In this document: positions 49,801-61,718 of the stretch, piece after piece | Numbering within the stretch: the stretch's first letter is position 1 | Layout of the letters: each line of letters begins with the position of its first letter | From: Balamuthia mandrillaris | Taxonomy: Eukaryota | Assembly (NCBI GenBank): GCA_031835245.2 | Contig: JAVKOQ020000050.1 | Coordinates: 1-64,000 of the forward strand | Direction: 5' to 3' | Length of the DNA stretch: 64,000 bases | Notes under the pieces: model-generated | The model's database searches: none | The model's input: the letters and a program-made list of their open reading frames with translations, nothing else | What the model was told of the DNA's origin: nothing | Made by a program: the position numbers and the translations under genes

Positions 49801-50565
49801 ATCTTCCTGCAGCGCACTCGGCAACTGTTGGTGATGACTCTCCTTCGTCGTCTTCTTCGTCTTCTTCCTCCTCCTCGTCCTCTTCTTCAAGGAGAAAAAA
49901 GCACACAAGGGGCCTTTCTTTGGATGCTGCCGTTGATAAAACCATTCAAAAGGTGATCAGAGAAAATAAGAGCAGCAACAACATAGAAAAAGAGAAGGAG
50001 AAAGCAAAAGAGAAAGAGAAAAGTACTACTAACCAACGGCGCAACCACTCGAAAACTTCTGCTTCGTTGATAGCTGAGAAAACGGAAAGTGTAGATAGCA
50101 ACAATAACGGCAGCAACAAGAAAGAAGAAGATGAAACAGGAACGAATAGCAACAACAAAAGAAAGAAGAAAGAGGCGATAAATGCTAGAAGAGAGTTGAC
50201 GAGCAGCATTTTGTTCTATCGAAATCTTCGGCAAGGAGCGGAACGAATGATCAGCAGTACTGACGAAGAAGAAGAGGAAGGAAAAGAAAAAGAAAAGGAA
50301 AAGGAAAAAGCGGAAGCCAAGAAAGAAGAAGAGAAAGAGAAGGAGAAGAAAAAGAGCACAACTGGTAAAAAGGGAACGGAACGGAAAAAGTCGTTTGATG
50401 AAGATAAGAAAACCGCTTCTTCTTCTTCCTCGTCATCATCTTCTTCTCCTCTTAGCAAGAAATACATTTCTACGTTTTGTAAAGATGACGGTGGTATGAT
50501 TGGATCCAGTCCTGAAGACCATATCTATGTACGCTCTTCTCTTGTTCTTTCTTGTCGTTTCTCTT

Positions 50566-50603
<38 letters not shown>

Positions 50604-50917
50604 TCCCTCTCCCTCTCCCTCTCTCTTTCTTTTCATTTATTCTTTTTTCTTCAAAAGTACTTTGTTGGTATCATCGATATTCTCATCGCATACAACGTTC
50701 GGAAGAAAGGAGAGCACGCCATCAAATCCATTACCCAAGACTCTGTACGTAGTTTCTTTTCTTGCTGTTTCCATCTTCTTGTTCCTTCTTCTTTTCTCGC
50801 TTTTATCACTTTATTTACGTAACCTTTGTTTGTGATGAGCAGAAAGCGATATCAGCGGTGCCACCAGATGCTTATGCCAAACGCTTCATGGACTTTATCG
50901 AAAGTATCATCGACTAA
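46841..50917 (+). CDS. N-myristoylated NCS/calcineurin-B-like EF-hand domain fused to phosphatidylinositol-phosphate kinase (PIP5K family), multi-exon
   Basis: MGAQGS myristoylation motif; EF loops DRQGNGYVS, DADGDGFISKVE, DTDKDEKISFEE; PIPK motifs DYAP, GKSGSLFF, YDLKGS, KDLD, MDYSILVGIH, GIIDIL, SAVPP..YAKRF. Confidence 0.9.
47195..47575 (+). repeat. (CTTGTT)n + long (CTT)n intronic microsatellite (~380 bp)
   Basis: Direct reading. Confidence 0.95.
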
Positions 50918-51001
50918 AAAGAAAACGTAAAAAATAAAATACATCAGTGATAATTGGGAGTCGTTTTAAGCATTATTTCTTCCTTTACTCTATTTCCATT
51001 A

Positions 51002-51793
51002 TCACCGCATCATTTCTTCGTCTGGTTTGTCCGCTTCTTTAAGTTCTTCTTTCCTTCCTGATGCTGATGGCAGCCGTTGCTGTGGTTGCTTTGTCTTGCT
51101 CTTGCTCTTGGTCTTGGCCTTTGTCTGCATCTTGCTCTCTCCTTCGTTCTCGCCCTCATTCTCCTCCATTTCTATCTGCTTCAATATGGCGTCCATGATG
51201 TCCTCAAACACTCTCTCCTCTTTCAACACTTGCAGCTCCTTTGGCGTGAACTTTTGCAACACCCACTCCGCCAGGCCTTCCGCGTCGTTGTTGTTGTGCG
51301 GCCTGCCCACGCCCAACCGAACCATGTGCACGTCCTTGCTTTGCAGCGAGGCCACGCAGCTGCGAATGCCGTTGTGCCCGCGAGCGCCGCCGGCAAAGCG
51401 GAGGGTCCATTTGCCCAGCGGAGTCTCCACGTCGTCATGGACAAGGAAGACGTGCCGTGGTGAAGCCACGTCATACTTCCTGCACGTCTTGACCACACTT
51501 TGTCCATTCAGGTTCATCAGCGTGGACGGCTGCATCAACACGAGGTTCGGCTTCGTGGGGGAGAGGGCGATGTGGGCGAGGCAGGCCTTGTCGCGCTGCC
51601 AGGGAGAGAAGGAGAGGCGCTTGGCCATGTCCTCCACAAAGGCCATGCCGACGCTGTGCCGAGTGCCGGGATGGATCTTGTTGCCTAACCCTACTATCTT
51701 GTGTTTTTTGTTGGAAAGAACAACAGACTTAACATAAGAAAAGAACGGGTGGACAGCGACGAAGGAACGTACTAGGTTTACACGTTTCGTCAT
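51002..51793 (-). CDS. pth: Peptidyl-tRNA hydrolase, bacterial/mitochondrial Pth1 type (2 exons)
   Basis: IVGLGN, TRHSVG, LMNLNG, VHDD, GHNGIRS, RLGVGRP, VLQKF. Confidence 0.92.
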   Translation of the reverse strand: MTKRVNLVRSFVAVHPFFSYVKSVVLSNKKHKIVGLGNKIHPGTRHSVGMAFVEDMAKRLSFSPWQRDKACLAHIALSPTKPNLVLMQPSTLMNLNGQSVVKTCRKYDVASPRHVFLVHDDVETPLGKWTLRFAGGARGHNGIRSCVASLQSKDVHMVRLGVGRPHNNNDAEGLAEWVLQKFTPKELQVLKEERVFEDIMDAILKQIEMEENEGENEGESKMQTKAKTKSKSKTKQPQQRLPSASGRKEELKEADKPDEEMMR

Positions 51794-52014
51794 GTCTGTA
51801 AAACTGCTTTCTTTCTTTCTAGTTTTTTTTTCTTTTTTTATTGGTTGTGTTATTTGTCGACAAAGAGGAAAATTCGGGGAATGAACTTCGTTGAAGTTCG
51901 TGCCCGCGTCGACACGGTTTCGAGGCATTTTTTTGATTTGAAAAATTTCGTGGAATTTTTTTCTCTCACTCTTCTCTCTTCTCACGCGGTTAGAAGCAAG
52001 CACAGGGGAAAGCC

Positions 52015-52849
52015 ATGGAGGTGGTGAACGACGCAAAGAAGAAGAGAAAAAGGGATGAAAGCAAGCACAGTACCTCCCTTGATAAACCGGACGACGAAGA
52101 GAAAGGCACACGGGAGCGAATGCGCAGATATGTGGCCCACGCCAGCGACATTCTGCCTGCAGCCTCCGCCAGCAACGACGACAGCTTCAAGCCGATTTCT
52201 TTGGAGGAACTGTCCTCTTCCTTCTCTGAAGAAGCATTGAGGTAGGCAACTCTGGCTCTCTCCAGCATTCTGGTTATTTATGGTTCACCTGACATTTTCG
52301 CTGCGAACGAACCATCAGAGAGGCCAACGTACTGCCTATCCCTTATTCCTCCTTGGTCGAGCCTCTGCCTGCAGAGACTAGCGATAAGCTCTTACGAACC
52401 TGGCAACGGGATGGCGTGCTGGTGACTCCAGAGCCGATCCTCACCTCTTCGCAACGCAAAACAGTGAAGGAAGCCATCGTTCGCAGCATCAACTCCTCCT
52501 TGTTGAAGGACTTGGATCCCTCTTTGCACGTCTCTTTCGAGGATCCAGACTCCCTTTTGCTTCTCACCGACTCGCATTGCCGAACGAGCAAGGGCATTGA
52601 CCAGCCGGACAAGATATTCTTCAAGGGGGGCAACCGCAGGAAGCCCTATCTTTCCAAGAATACGGGCATGTGGAACTTCTACTTCATTCCAGAGGTCATG
52701 ACCATAGTCCAAAGCAATCCTGACATACATAGAGTGCATGCGTTGCTTATGGGATCTCCACATATTAAACGAGATTGCTTTGAAAGAATAGGTTAGTCAA
52801 CATTGAATTCCCTATTCTATTTTGCAAGTTCTTCCTCTCTGCCAGCAAT

Positions 52850-52894
<45 letters not shown>

Positions 52895-54072
52895 CTTATG
52901 TTGCAGGAATAAAGCCTCCTGGAAGCGTGGACATGCCACGCCATCTTGATACGTACCTCTTTGATGATAACGCTCGTCCTGGCCATCGGCTCCAATCGCT
53001 CTGTTGCATCGACGTCCCCGAAGATGTGTCAGCAAGAGATTCGGGAACATTTGAGGCGGTCAAGGGCTTTCACCTGTACTTTGCTCTGGCCAGAGAGTTC
53101 TTTCACCCGGAGCGAGGTTGTGGAGCTTATCGCTTGGAGCCCGGTCCTGTCCCACAACGATTGCCTCCCAAGTTTGACCTCACAGCCTTCAACGTCTACA
53201 TTCAACTCTACACGTACTTGCAAAACAATGCCTCCTCCTATACTTCAAAGAAGAATAAGAAGAAACTGAAAAATGAAGAGAAAACAAAAGAAGAGGAGGA
53301 AGCGGAAGAGGAAGAGGAGGAAGAAACAGAGGAACTACCGGCTGTGTTCCAAAACCCCTTTGTCAGGAAGGGGCTAGACGTGACGACCCTACGCTCCTTT
53401 TGGCAGCACGCCCTCTCTACCTTTCGAAGGCTATCCTCCTCCCTCGTGGTGCCCGCCAGAGCCAGGGAGCTTCGCTGGGAGGTCGTTCCCATGCGGCCTG
53501 GCTCCTTGCTCTGCTGGGACTCTTGCATTCCCCATCGCAACCTTCGAAATAAGTCCAAGAGCAGGGCCCGCGTAGTGGCCTACTGCAACGCCAAACTGAC
53601 GGAGGAGCCCTCGTGGTACCTCTCGGAGGCTTTTCATCTCTTGAAGGAAGGCCACAAGAAGCTGTTGGGGCACGCCAGCGGGCAGAGCTCCAACGATGAC
53701 AACGCCCTGGAGAGAGAGATGGTCCGACGCTCGCCTGGCGGGCAATCCACTCTCTTCACCGTGGACGGCTACTACGGTCATGCTCGTCAGGACAACCTGC
53801 TGCTCAAGGCCTTGTTTGGCTTTGATTTTCGCACCGGAGAGACCTTCACCTGGGAGCAGTATCGCTCCCTGACGGCTTGCAGGGAACCACCGGCAGCCAC
53901 GCAAGTAACAACAACAACACCAAAGGAGCAGCAAACAAACACTGCCGACGAAGCACAAGAAAGCCGAACGGCTAATGCAGAAGAAGACAGCAGACAGCAC
54001 GATGAAGTAACGAAGAAGAAGGGGAAAGCGAAGAAGAAGAAGAAGGACAAGAAGAGGAAGAAAAACAGATAA
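52015..54072 (+). CDS. PhyH-like 2-oxoglutarate/Fe(II) dioxygenase-fold protein (3 exons)
   Basis: WQRDGVLV; HLD (HxD); LQSL..SGTFEAVKGFH; PMRPGSLLCWD..PHRN..RVVAY. Confidence 0.65.
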
Positions 54073-54581
54073 ACAGAGAAAAAGCGCCATTACAAAGATT
54101 TCATGACGACGCGGTAATTTGAATATTTGTTTGTTCGGAACATTTTTTATCAATAAAAGTTACAAATTATTATTAATAATTTGGATAAATTGGTTCAACC
54201 CAAAAAAAAAAATGCCTAAGGCACGAAATGACGGTGTCCACTCTGGAAATCTGGAATGACCATGGGCGCAAGGCAACGAAACCCAGCCAGGTCGGTTGGA
54301 CGGCTTTAGCTCTCCTTCGCTTCTGCTCCTTTCAGTAACAAACAATAAAAAAAAAGTAGCAGAAAAAAAAGAAAAGTCTGACGAAGAAGAAACCAGATTG
54401 GAGAGTGGGGAACTCCCTCGTGGCCCGGTGAAAGCTTCCTCTTTTTTTTTTTTGTGCCACGCGTGTTACATTTGCCGCAAGGTTTTTCTTTTTCTTCCTG
54501 TCGTTTCCTTCGTTCTTCTTCTTTTTCTCTCTTCAAAAAAAAAAACCATCCTGACACACGGCAGCAAGGAGAGAGAAAGGG

Positions 54582-57500
54582 ATGCTTTCGGTCGACGCGT
54601 TTGGTGCGTTGGAAGGGGATCCCCCTCCAAATTTCTTATTTGGCCTGTTTGGCGAGGCCAGCAGCGGCACCTCGGGTGGCAGCGGCAGCGGCGAGGAAGA
54701 GGAAGACTGCACCGCTAAATTTTTTCCTTGTTCTGACACCATAAGGTTCTTTTTTTTTGTTATTATTATTTGTTTTTGTTGTTTTGCTTTCATCAACTTT
54801 TTTTATTCTATTTTCTTTTTTCTTTTCTTTTTTTCGATTTGTCTTTCTTGTCTTAACCGTGTGAAGTGTTACTGATGAAGGAGAACTCACAAAAACAAAA
54901 TGAAAAACAGCGGCAACTTGTTTCTGGTGTTGGTCTACTCCCTCATACTAGCCTTTGGAAGTAAACTCATCGCAAGAGGCAGCGATGTTTTGATGGAGGT
55001 TTTTTTTTTAACGTTTGTGTTGTTGAGTCGTTTTGCTTATATGCTTCTCCTCGTTTTCTTTCTTCCTGGTTCGTTCTTCTTTGTTGTGTCTTTTACAACA
55101 ACGAACTATCCAAGGTGGTAGATGCGGGCGTGATAGGAGGTCTCTTGTTGCCGTTGCTGGGGGCATTGCCGGATGCTGCTGTAGTCTTTGTCTCTGGCCT
55201 TGGTGGCGACTTGGATAAAGTACAAGAGAAGCTGGTTTGTAACAGCACTGCCTTCCTGCTTGTCTGCTTCTCTCCTCTTTTGTTTTTCATTCTGCTCATT
55301 CTGCTCATTCTCTCTCTCTCTCCCTCGCTGCATTTCTTCTCTTTTCCATTCTCTTCTTTATTTTAGTCTGTTGGTATAGGAACTATGGCAGGAAGTGACG
55401 TGCTGCTGTTGACGGTGCCCTGGATATTAGGTGTTCTCTTTGGACGTTGCGACTTGAGAAAGAGAGACAACACCGCCAAACCAAGAACCTGTACTGGTTT
55501 TTCGTTCTTTCGCCAAGGAGTTACCGTTTATCCAAACGTAAGTGATGTCATTGTTATTGATCCTATGCTGGTTGTTTAACATTTGTGGTTTTTGGTTTTT
55601 TTTTTGAAAATTATAGGTACAGAGAATGGCGATTTGGATGATGGTTACTCTCATTCCACTATGTATCATTGAGGTTCTCTCTCTTCCAAACTCACCGTAG
55701 CTCTCATTTTGCGATAATGTGTATTGTTTTGAACTAATCAACCTATTGTTATCCAACAGTTGGCCTATATTTATCTTACAGCCAAAGGCAAGTCTATGAA
55801 AAATCAAAAGTATGTTTTCTTTCTCTCTATTTGCTTTGTCCTCCCGTTCTCTTATCTCAGGTTGCCTCTATGCTCTATTCTCTCTTTCTCTATTCTCTCT
55901 TTCTCTGTACTCAAACAATAGGTGGTGGGCATTGGCATCGCTGATAGTATGCGTTATCATTATTATTTTGTATTGTATTTACACTCTGTACGACAACAAG
56001 CTGCACAAGAAGAGAATGAGAGACGCAAGGCGAAATGCTCGTGTGCAACGCGTAAGTTCTTCTTGTTCGTGTTCTTGTACCTGTTTCTATTCTTCCTCTT
56101 CATTTTTAATTAACTTAGCAACCATTAAAATACATAGTTTGTGAAACAACTAGCAGGAAGCATTGAACGTCAAAAGCAATTGGAGAAAGAAAGACAGAGG
56201 AAAGAAGATCAAGTCTTGTGGAGGAGGGACGCTAATCTTAGGTCTCGTTCGTTCAGTTCTCTTGCTGGTGTTGACATTGGGGAGAACGAAGAAGCTATGC
56301 CGTTGATTACTTCACCCACTCATCCACGAACTGAAGGTTTCTTTCCTGTCATCATTCTGTTCTCCTGCTTTTCTCTTCTTCTCTCCTCTTCTTTTGTTCT
56401 TCTCTTGCCTCTGCTTTATTACTGCTTCTTTTGACTCCCTTTGCTTCAATTCAGGTTTGGAAGTTACTTTCAACGCAATGGACCTGAAAGGAGCAGGAGA
56501 CATCAACCCCAAGCATCCTCAAGTCTCCACCTCGTTCCTTCGACGACCCCTCGAAGACTTGAGAGCACAGCGAATGAACAAGAAATCGCAGTTAGCCTAT
56601 TCTACTGGAGGTATTCCTCGTCATCTCTTAAACAAGAGGAACGCAAGAAGAAGTGTCGAAGAAGAAGGGAGAGGAAGAAGAAAGAGCTCTGCTGCTGCGA
56701 ATGCTGCTGCTCTTCGTCGAAGAGGTTCGGCTGCTGCCAACCTACCGCCTTCCTCTTATAGTGACGCGCAACAAAGAAAAATAATGTTGATGATGAGAAG
56801 AAAAGAAAGAGAAGAGGGAGAGAAAGAAGAAACTGAAGAAGGAGAAGGCGAGGGAAATGAAGTTAGAGGAAACGAAAGAAGGAGGAGGCAGCCGTTGAGT
56901 AAATCAAAAAGCGTGGCTTCTATTGTTTCGAAACGAAACCAAGGTGCTGACCTGTTGGCCAGAACCGAAGAAGAAAGAAGGAAGAGAGAACAGAGTGTAG
57001 ATGAAATTGAAGAAGACAAGGAGCATGACCAAGATGAAAAACAAGAAGAAGAATGGATAGGAGCAGAAACACCAACAACAGACCTTTCTTCCACGTCAGC
57101 TTCTCCGTTTCAGTTTAGATATGGAGTTGTTGGAAGCAACAAAAAACAAGAAGAAGAAGACGAAGAAGCCGAAGAAGCCGAAGAAGACGAGGAAGAATAC
57201 AACAACAACGATGAGGGCTATATTTATTATTCAGACGAAGATGATGAGTACGACGAAGAGCGATTGAACAACAGTTATGCTGAATGGACTTTATCTGCTC
57301 GACGCAGAGGAAGTTTGGTCAACCAACCAAAGGAAGAAGAAGATGACGATGAGGACTACGAGGACGATGATGATGAAGAAGAAGAACAGCAACAAAAGAA
57401 GAATGATGAACATTCAAAGGATGATATAGAGTCGATTCGCAAATCTACGCCTCCTTTGGATGCGATGTTTCCTGAACCTCATCAAATGGTAGTTGACGTA

Positions 57501-58003
57501 AGCCTGGATATCAGCAATGACGCCTCCATGGTCTATCATCAAAAGCCGGAGAAGAGGCGCTCCAAGCTGCACCAAGTGGCCTATCAAAAGTTTATCTCTC
57601 TTTCAGATTCCAAATGGAGTACGTTATTTTGTTTGCTCTTCTTTCTTTTTCACGCACTTTCTCTCTCTCTCTCTCTCTCTCTCCTCTTTAACAAAAAAAT
57701 AATAATAAAAAAATAATAATACAAAACAGAGATTGGAGGAACGGGAGTACTGCTGTTGATTATAGGAGCAGGCCTTGTGTTGGGCTTTGCTGATCCGTTG
57801 GTGGAATCCATTTCCGTTCTGGCCAAAAAAGTAAACCTCAACGCCTTTTACATTGCTTTCGTCTGTGCTCCTGTGGCTGGTAACGCTGCTGAGATCTTTG
57901 CTAGTGTTCTCTTCTCGAAGCGTAAAACTATGAAAACCATTTCTATGATGTACGTTTTCTTTGTTTCTTCTGCATCTTCTTCTGCTTCTTTAACTAATTT
58001 GCT

Positions 58004-58102
<99 letters not shown>

Positions 58103-58394
58103 TCTCTCTCTCCTCAAACTAAAAAAAAATAGGCATTCAGCCTTGTATGGAGCTGTTGTGCTGAACAACACGCTTGCACTGGGCGTTTTCTTGTTCATGA
58201 TCACCTATCGCGGTTTAGTCTGGAACTTTTCGGCAGAGATAGTGTGCATCGCAGTGACGCTGGTGGGAGTGGGTGCGATCGCGCTTTTCAACCGAACCAT
58301 TCGAGTGATTTGGGTGATCCCGGTGGCGCTCTTCTATCCGTTATCCATCGGTTTGGTCGTTTTGCTCGAGTCGGATGTTGTTGGATGGGAGTAA
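54582..58394 (+). CDS. NCL/EF-CAX-type Ca2+:cation antiporter (CaCA superfamily), multi-exon
   Basis: C..FFPC..GNLFLVLVY; alpha-1 GGLLLPLLGALPDA..VSGL..SVGIGTMAGS; alpha-2 FADPLVES..APVAGNAAE..LYGAVVLNNTLALGVF..WNFSAE. Confidence 0.85.
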
Positions 58395-58453
58395 AAAGAA
58401 GAAAGAAAATGTTTATGAAAAATGAAAAGAACAATTGCACGATTGTTTTTTTT

Positions 58454-61178
58454 TTACTTTCTGGTGTCGTTGTTTGCGGCCTTGTCGTAATAGGTTTTCA
58501 CGAGGTGGTAGTTGAACATGCGGCCGCTGTTGATCGGGCTGTTGGTGTTGCTTGCTGTCTTTGGTGGTTGCTCCGCTTTTTCTTCGTTGACGGGTTCGAC
58601 TTCGACTTGTTCTCCTCCGTCAAACTCAACTGTCTCCTGTTGTTTCTCGTCCTGCTTTTCGTCTTTCGCTTCAACATCTTCAACTTCATTTTCTTCTGCT
58701 TTGGGTTCATCCTCTTTCTTGTCTTCTTGTTTCTCTCCTCCATCAAATTCGACATTGTGTTTCTCTTCTTTTTCCTCTTTTTCTTCATTCTTTATTTCCT
58801 CCTCTTTTGCTGCTCCGTCAAACTCGATGTTCGGTTTCACCTCTTCTTGTTCTTCGTGATCTTGTGTTGTATTTTCTCCTCCATCATATTCTGTCTTGGC
58901 TTCCTCTTTGTTTCTGTGTTTATCCTTTCGTTCATGTTCTTTTCTCTTCTTTCCTTTGCTCTTCTCGTACTCATATTCGTATTCTGATGTCTTTTCGTGA
59001 GTTTTGTTCTTCTTCTCCGATTTGTGCTTTCTCTTAAACTCATATTTTCTTTCGTGCTTGCCTTTTTGTTTGCCTTCTTCCTCGTCTCTCCCTTTTATCT
59101 TCTCTTTAAACTTTCCTTCTTTCTCGGAATCCGAGTCGTCTTTTTTCTTCTTATCTTTCTCTTTCTTCTTTTCTTTAGAGTCGTCGTCAAGTCTTTCTGC
59201 TTCTTCTTCTTCGTTTGGTTCTTGAGTATCATCATCTGAGTTGATAGAGCTCTTCTTTTCTTTCTTCTTCTTGTCTTTCTTATCTTTCTTTTTTTTGTCG
59301 GAACCAGAAGAAGAAGAAGAAGAATCAGAAGATGAAGATGAAGATGACGATGAAGAGGAGGATGAAGACGAAGAAGAGGAAGATGAGTCAGACGAAGACG
59401 AATCAGAAGAAGAGGAAGAAGAACCCGAAGAAGATGATGATCCTGAAGAACTGTCGTCGCTGTCATCATCCGAGTAATAATAATACCTTCTTCTTGGTCG
59501 ATGTACTCTTCTCACTGGAACTCTTCTATTTGGTCGCATTCGCCCTTTCGATTTTGCCGGTCCGAAAACTTTTCTATCCGCTGAAGATGCCTTCTTAGCC
59601 TCCTCCGTCGCACTTCCTCCGTCGTGGTACACCAAATCTGATTCATGCAACCCTCCAGGTTGTAAATGAACTCCAACTTCTTCTTTGCTTGCTGCGCCTT
59701 CTTCCTTCTTTTCGGCTTCGTTGGCGCCATCCTTTACTTTCTCTCCCGCTTCTTCTTCTTTGTTGTCAATGCTAACTTCAGGATTGCTAAAGAGAATCAT
59801 AACAGTATTCGCATCGACGAGAATGGTGCGTTTGATTTTTCCTTGCATTGCTCCTTCCGCAGAAGCCGCAGCTGCTCCTCCCTGGACCAAATGAATCTCG
59901 TCGTGTCCAAACGGCTGGTAGAAGTAAGCATCTTCGTCTTCGGAGTAGTCTTCATCGCTGTCTTCATCAAAGTAGACTCTTCTCTTCTTTCCGTGGTGGT
60001 GATGGTGACGATCCCTATGCTTCTTCTTCTTCTTATCTTTCTTCTTCTTCTTTTTCTTGTCTTTCTTGTCCTTTTTCTTCTTTGCATCCGAGTCTTCCTC
60101 CGATTCATCATCTTTCTTCTTTTTCTTTTTGTCCTTCTTTTTCTTTTCTTTCTCAGCTTCAGAATCATGTTTATCTTTCTTCTTTTCCTTTTTTTCTTCT
60201 TTATCTTTCTTTTTCTTCTCATCTTTGGCTTTCTTGTCATCCTCTTTCTCCTTCTCCTTCTCTTTTTCCTTCCCTTTTTCCTTCTTCTTTTTCTTCTCCT
60301 TTTCCTTCTCTGCTTCTGAGTCATGTTTATCTTTCTTCTTCTCCTTCTTTTCCTTATCTTTTTTATCTTTCTTGTCTTTCTTCTCTTCTTTCTCGCCCTC
60401 CTTCTTTCTCTTCTTCTTCAACTCTTTCAATTGTGCTTTCGCCTCGCCCAACTCTTTTTCCATTTGGGCCACTTTTGTTTTCAGCTCATTTTCGCGTCTT
60501 TCGTCTTCCTCTCTCTCCTTTGCCGCTTGTTCTCTCTGCAATCTTTTCCTCTCTTCCTCATACTCCAAGTTGAACATGACCTCCTCTCCTCCTTCTTTCT
60601 CCGGTTTCTTTGTCCCTGCCTCTTCTCCTTCGGTTCCTTCTTCCTCTTTGTCCTCATTCTCGTCTTGTTGGGTTGCTTCTTGTTTTTGTGGCTGTTGTTT
60701 TTTTTAATGGGTGAGAAGTTTGAAAAAAAAGAAAAAGAAGATAGCAAATATTAGAAAGACGTACTTCCACCGGAAGATGTTCTTCGGGCAGCTTTTCAGG
60801 TTGAGCTTGTCCTGCTTCCCCTTGTTTGTCTTCTTCTTTCTTGTTGGGGTGTTCCTCCTCCACTTTGTGGAAAGACGCCTCCAAGATTTTTTGCTCTTCC
60901 TCCTCTTTCTTCGCCTGCTCTTCTTCTTCGTTGGTTGGTTTGTTTTGTTCCTCTTTGTCTTCTTCCTCTCCTTCCACTTTTTCTCGACCTTCTTTTTCTG
61001 CTTCTTCGTCTTCGTCCTGAGGGTTTGGCGTAGGAGTGTTGACGTTCAGGTAGGCGTCCACGAGAGAGGGCCAAGCCTCACTGGCGGCGGCAGCAGCAGT
61101 CGCCGTCTCACCACCCGCACTGTTCTCGTTCTCGTTGGCGATCAGAGCGAACCCTTCTTCCTGTTGTTGCTCTGTCAT
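58454..61178 (-). CDS. Large low-complexity charged (K/E/D/S-rich) protein, 2 exons, unknown function
   Basis: ATG 61178 (MTEQQQEEGF), intron at about 60763-60698, then a long open exon with KKDK repeats, poly-S, HHHH and four [VIT]E[FY]DG[GA] motifs. Confidence 0.65.
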
Positions 61179-61718
61179 CTTTCGAAACGTAAAGTCAGCC
61201 AAAACAAAAAGAGAGAGAAAAAAAAAGGAGAGCGCAACCTTTTTGTTGGCGTTCGTGCAGAGAGATGGTGCTTTTAAAGTTTTCTCCCTTATGTTTTCTT
61301 CCATTTTCTTTCTTTTGGAGCCGAATTTTACGATGAGGAAAACCGACGTAAATTTGGTAAAAAGTAGATTTGAACGTGATTGCCATTGGTCACCTAACCC
61401 GAAACTCCGAAATCCACCATCCAATGGAAATCATAATATTATAATTAAAACGTGATCTGATCGGTATCCTTGGATACGGAAATTTCGGGTAATTCCTAAG
61501 CAATCTAGTATTTTCGTGACGACCCGATTTTTCCGATTTGTCGGCAAAAAATCAAAAAAAAAGAGCAGGGGAAACAAAAAGAACGCGAAAGAAGAAAGGA
61601 ACAAAGACGACTAAGCGTTACTCCCCCGAAAAGCGTTTTTTTTATTAGTTTATTTTATTTATTTTTTTCCTCTTGCGGTTTTTTCTTTTGGAGCCGTTCT
61701 ATAGTTTTTTTTTGGAAG

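Noticed and set aside
51002..51793. Bacterial contamination or endosymbiont DNA suggested by the Pth, Cof and CsbD genes
   Set aside because: Pth and Cof carry host-style introns, and all are embedded among spliced eukaryotic genes.
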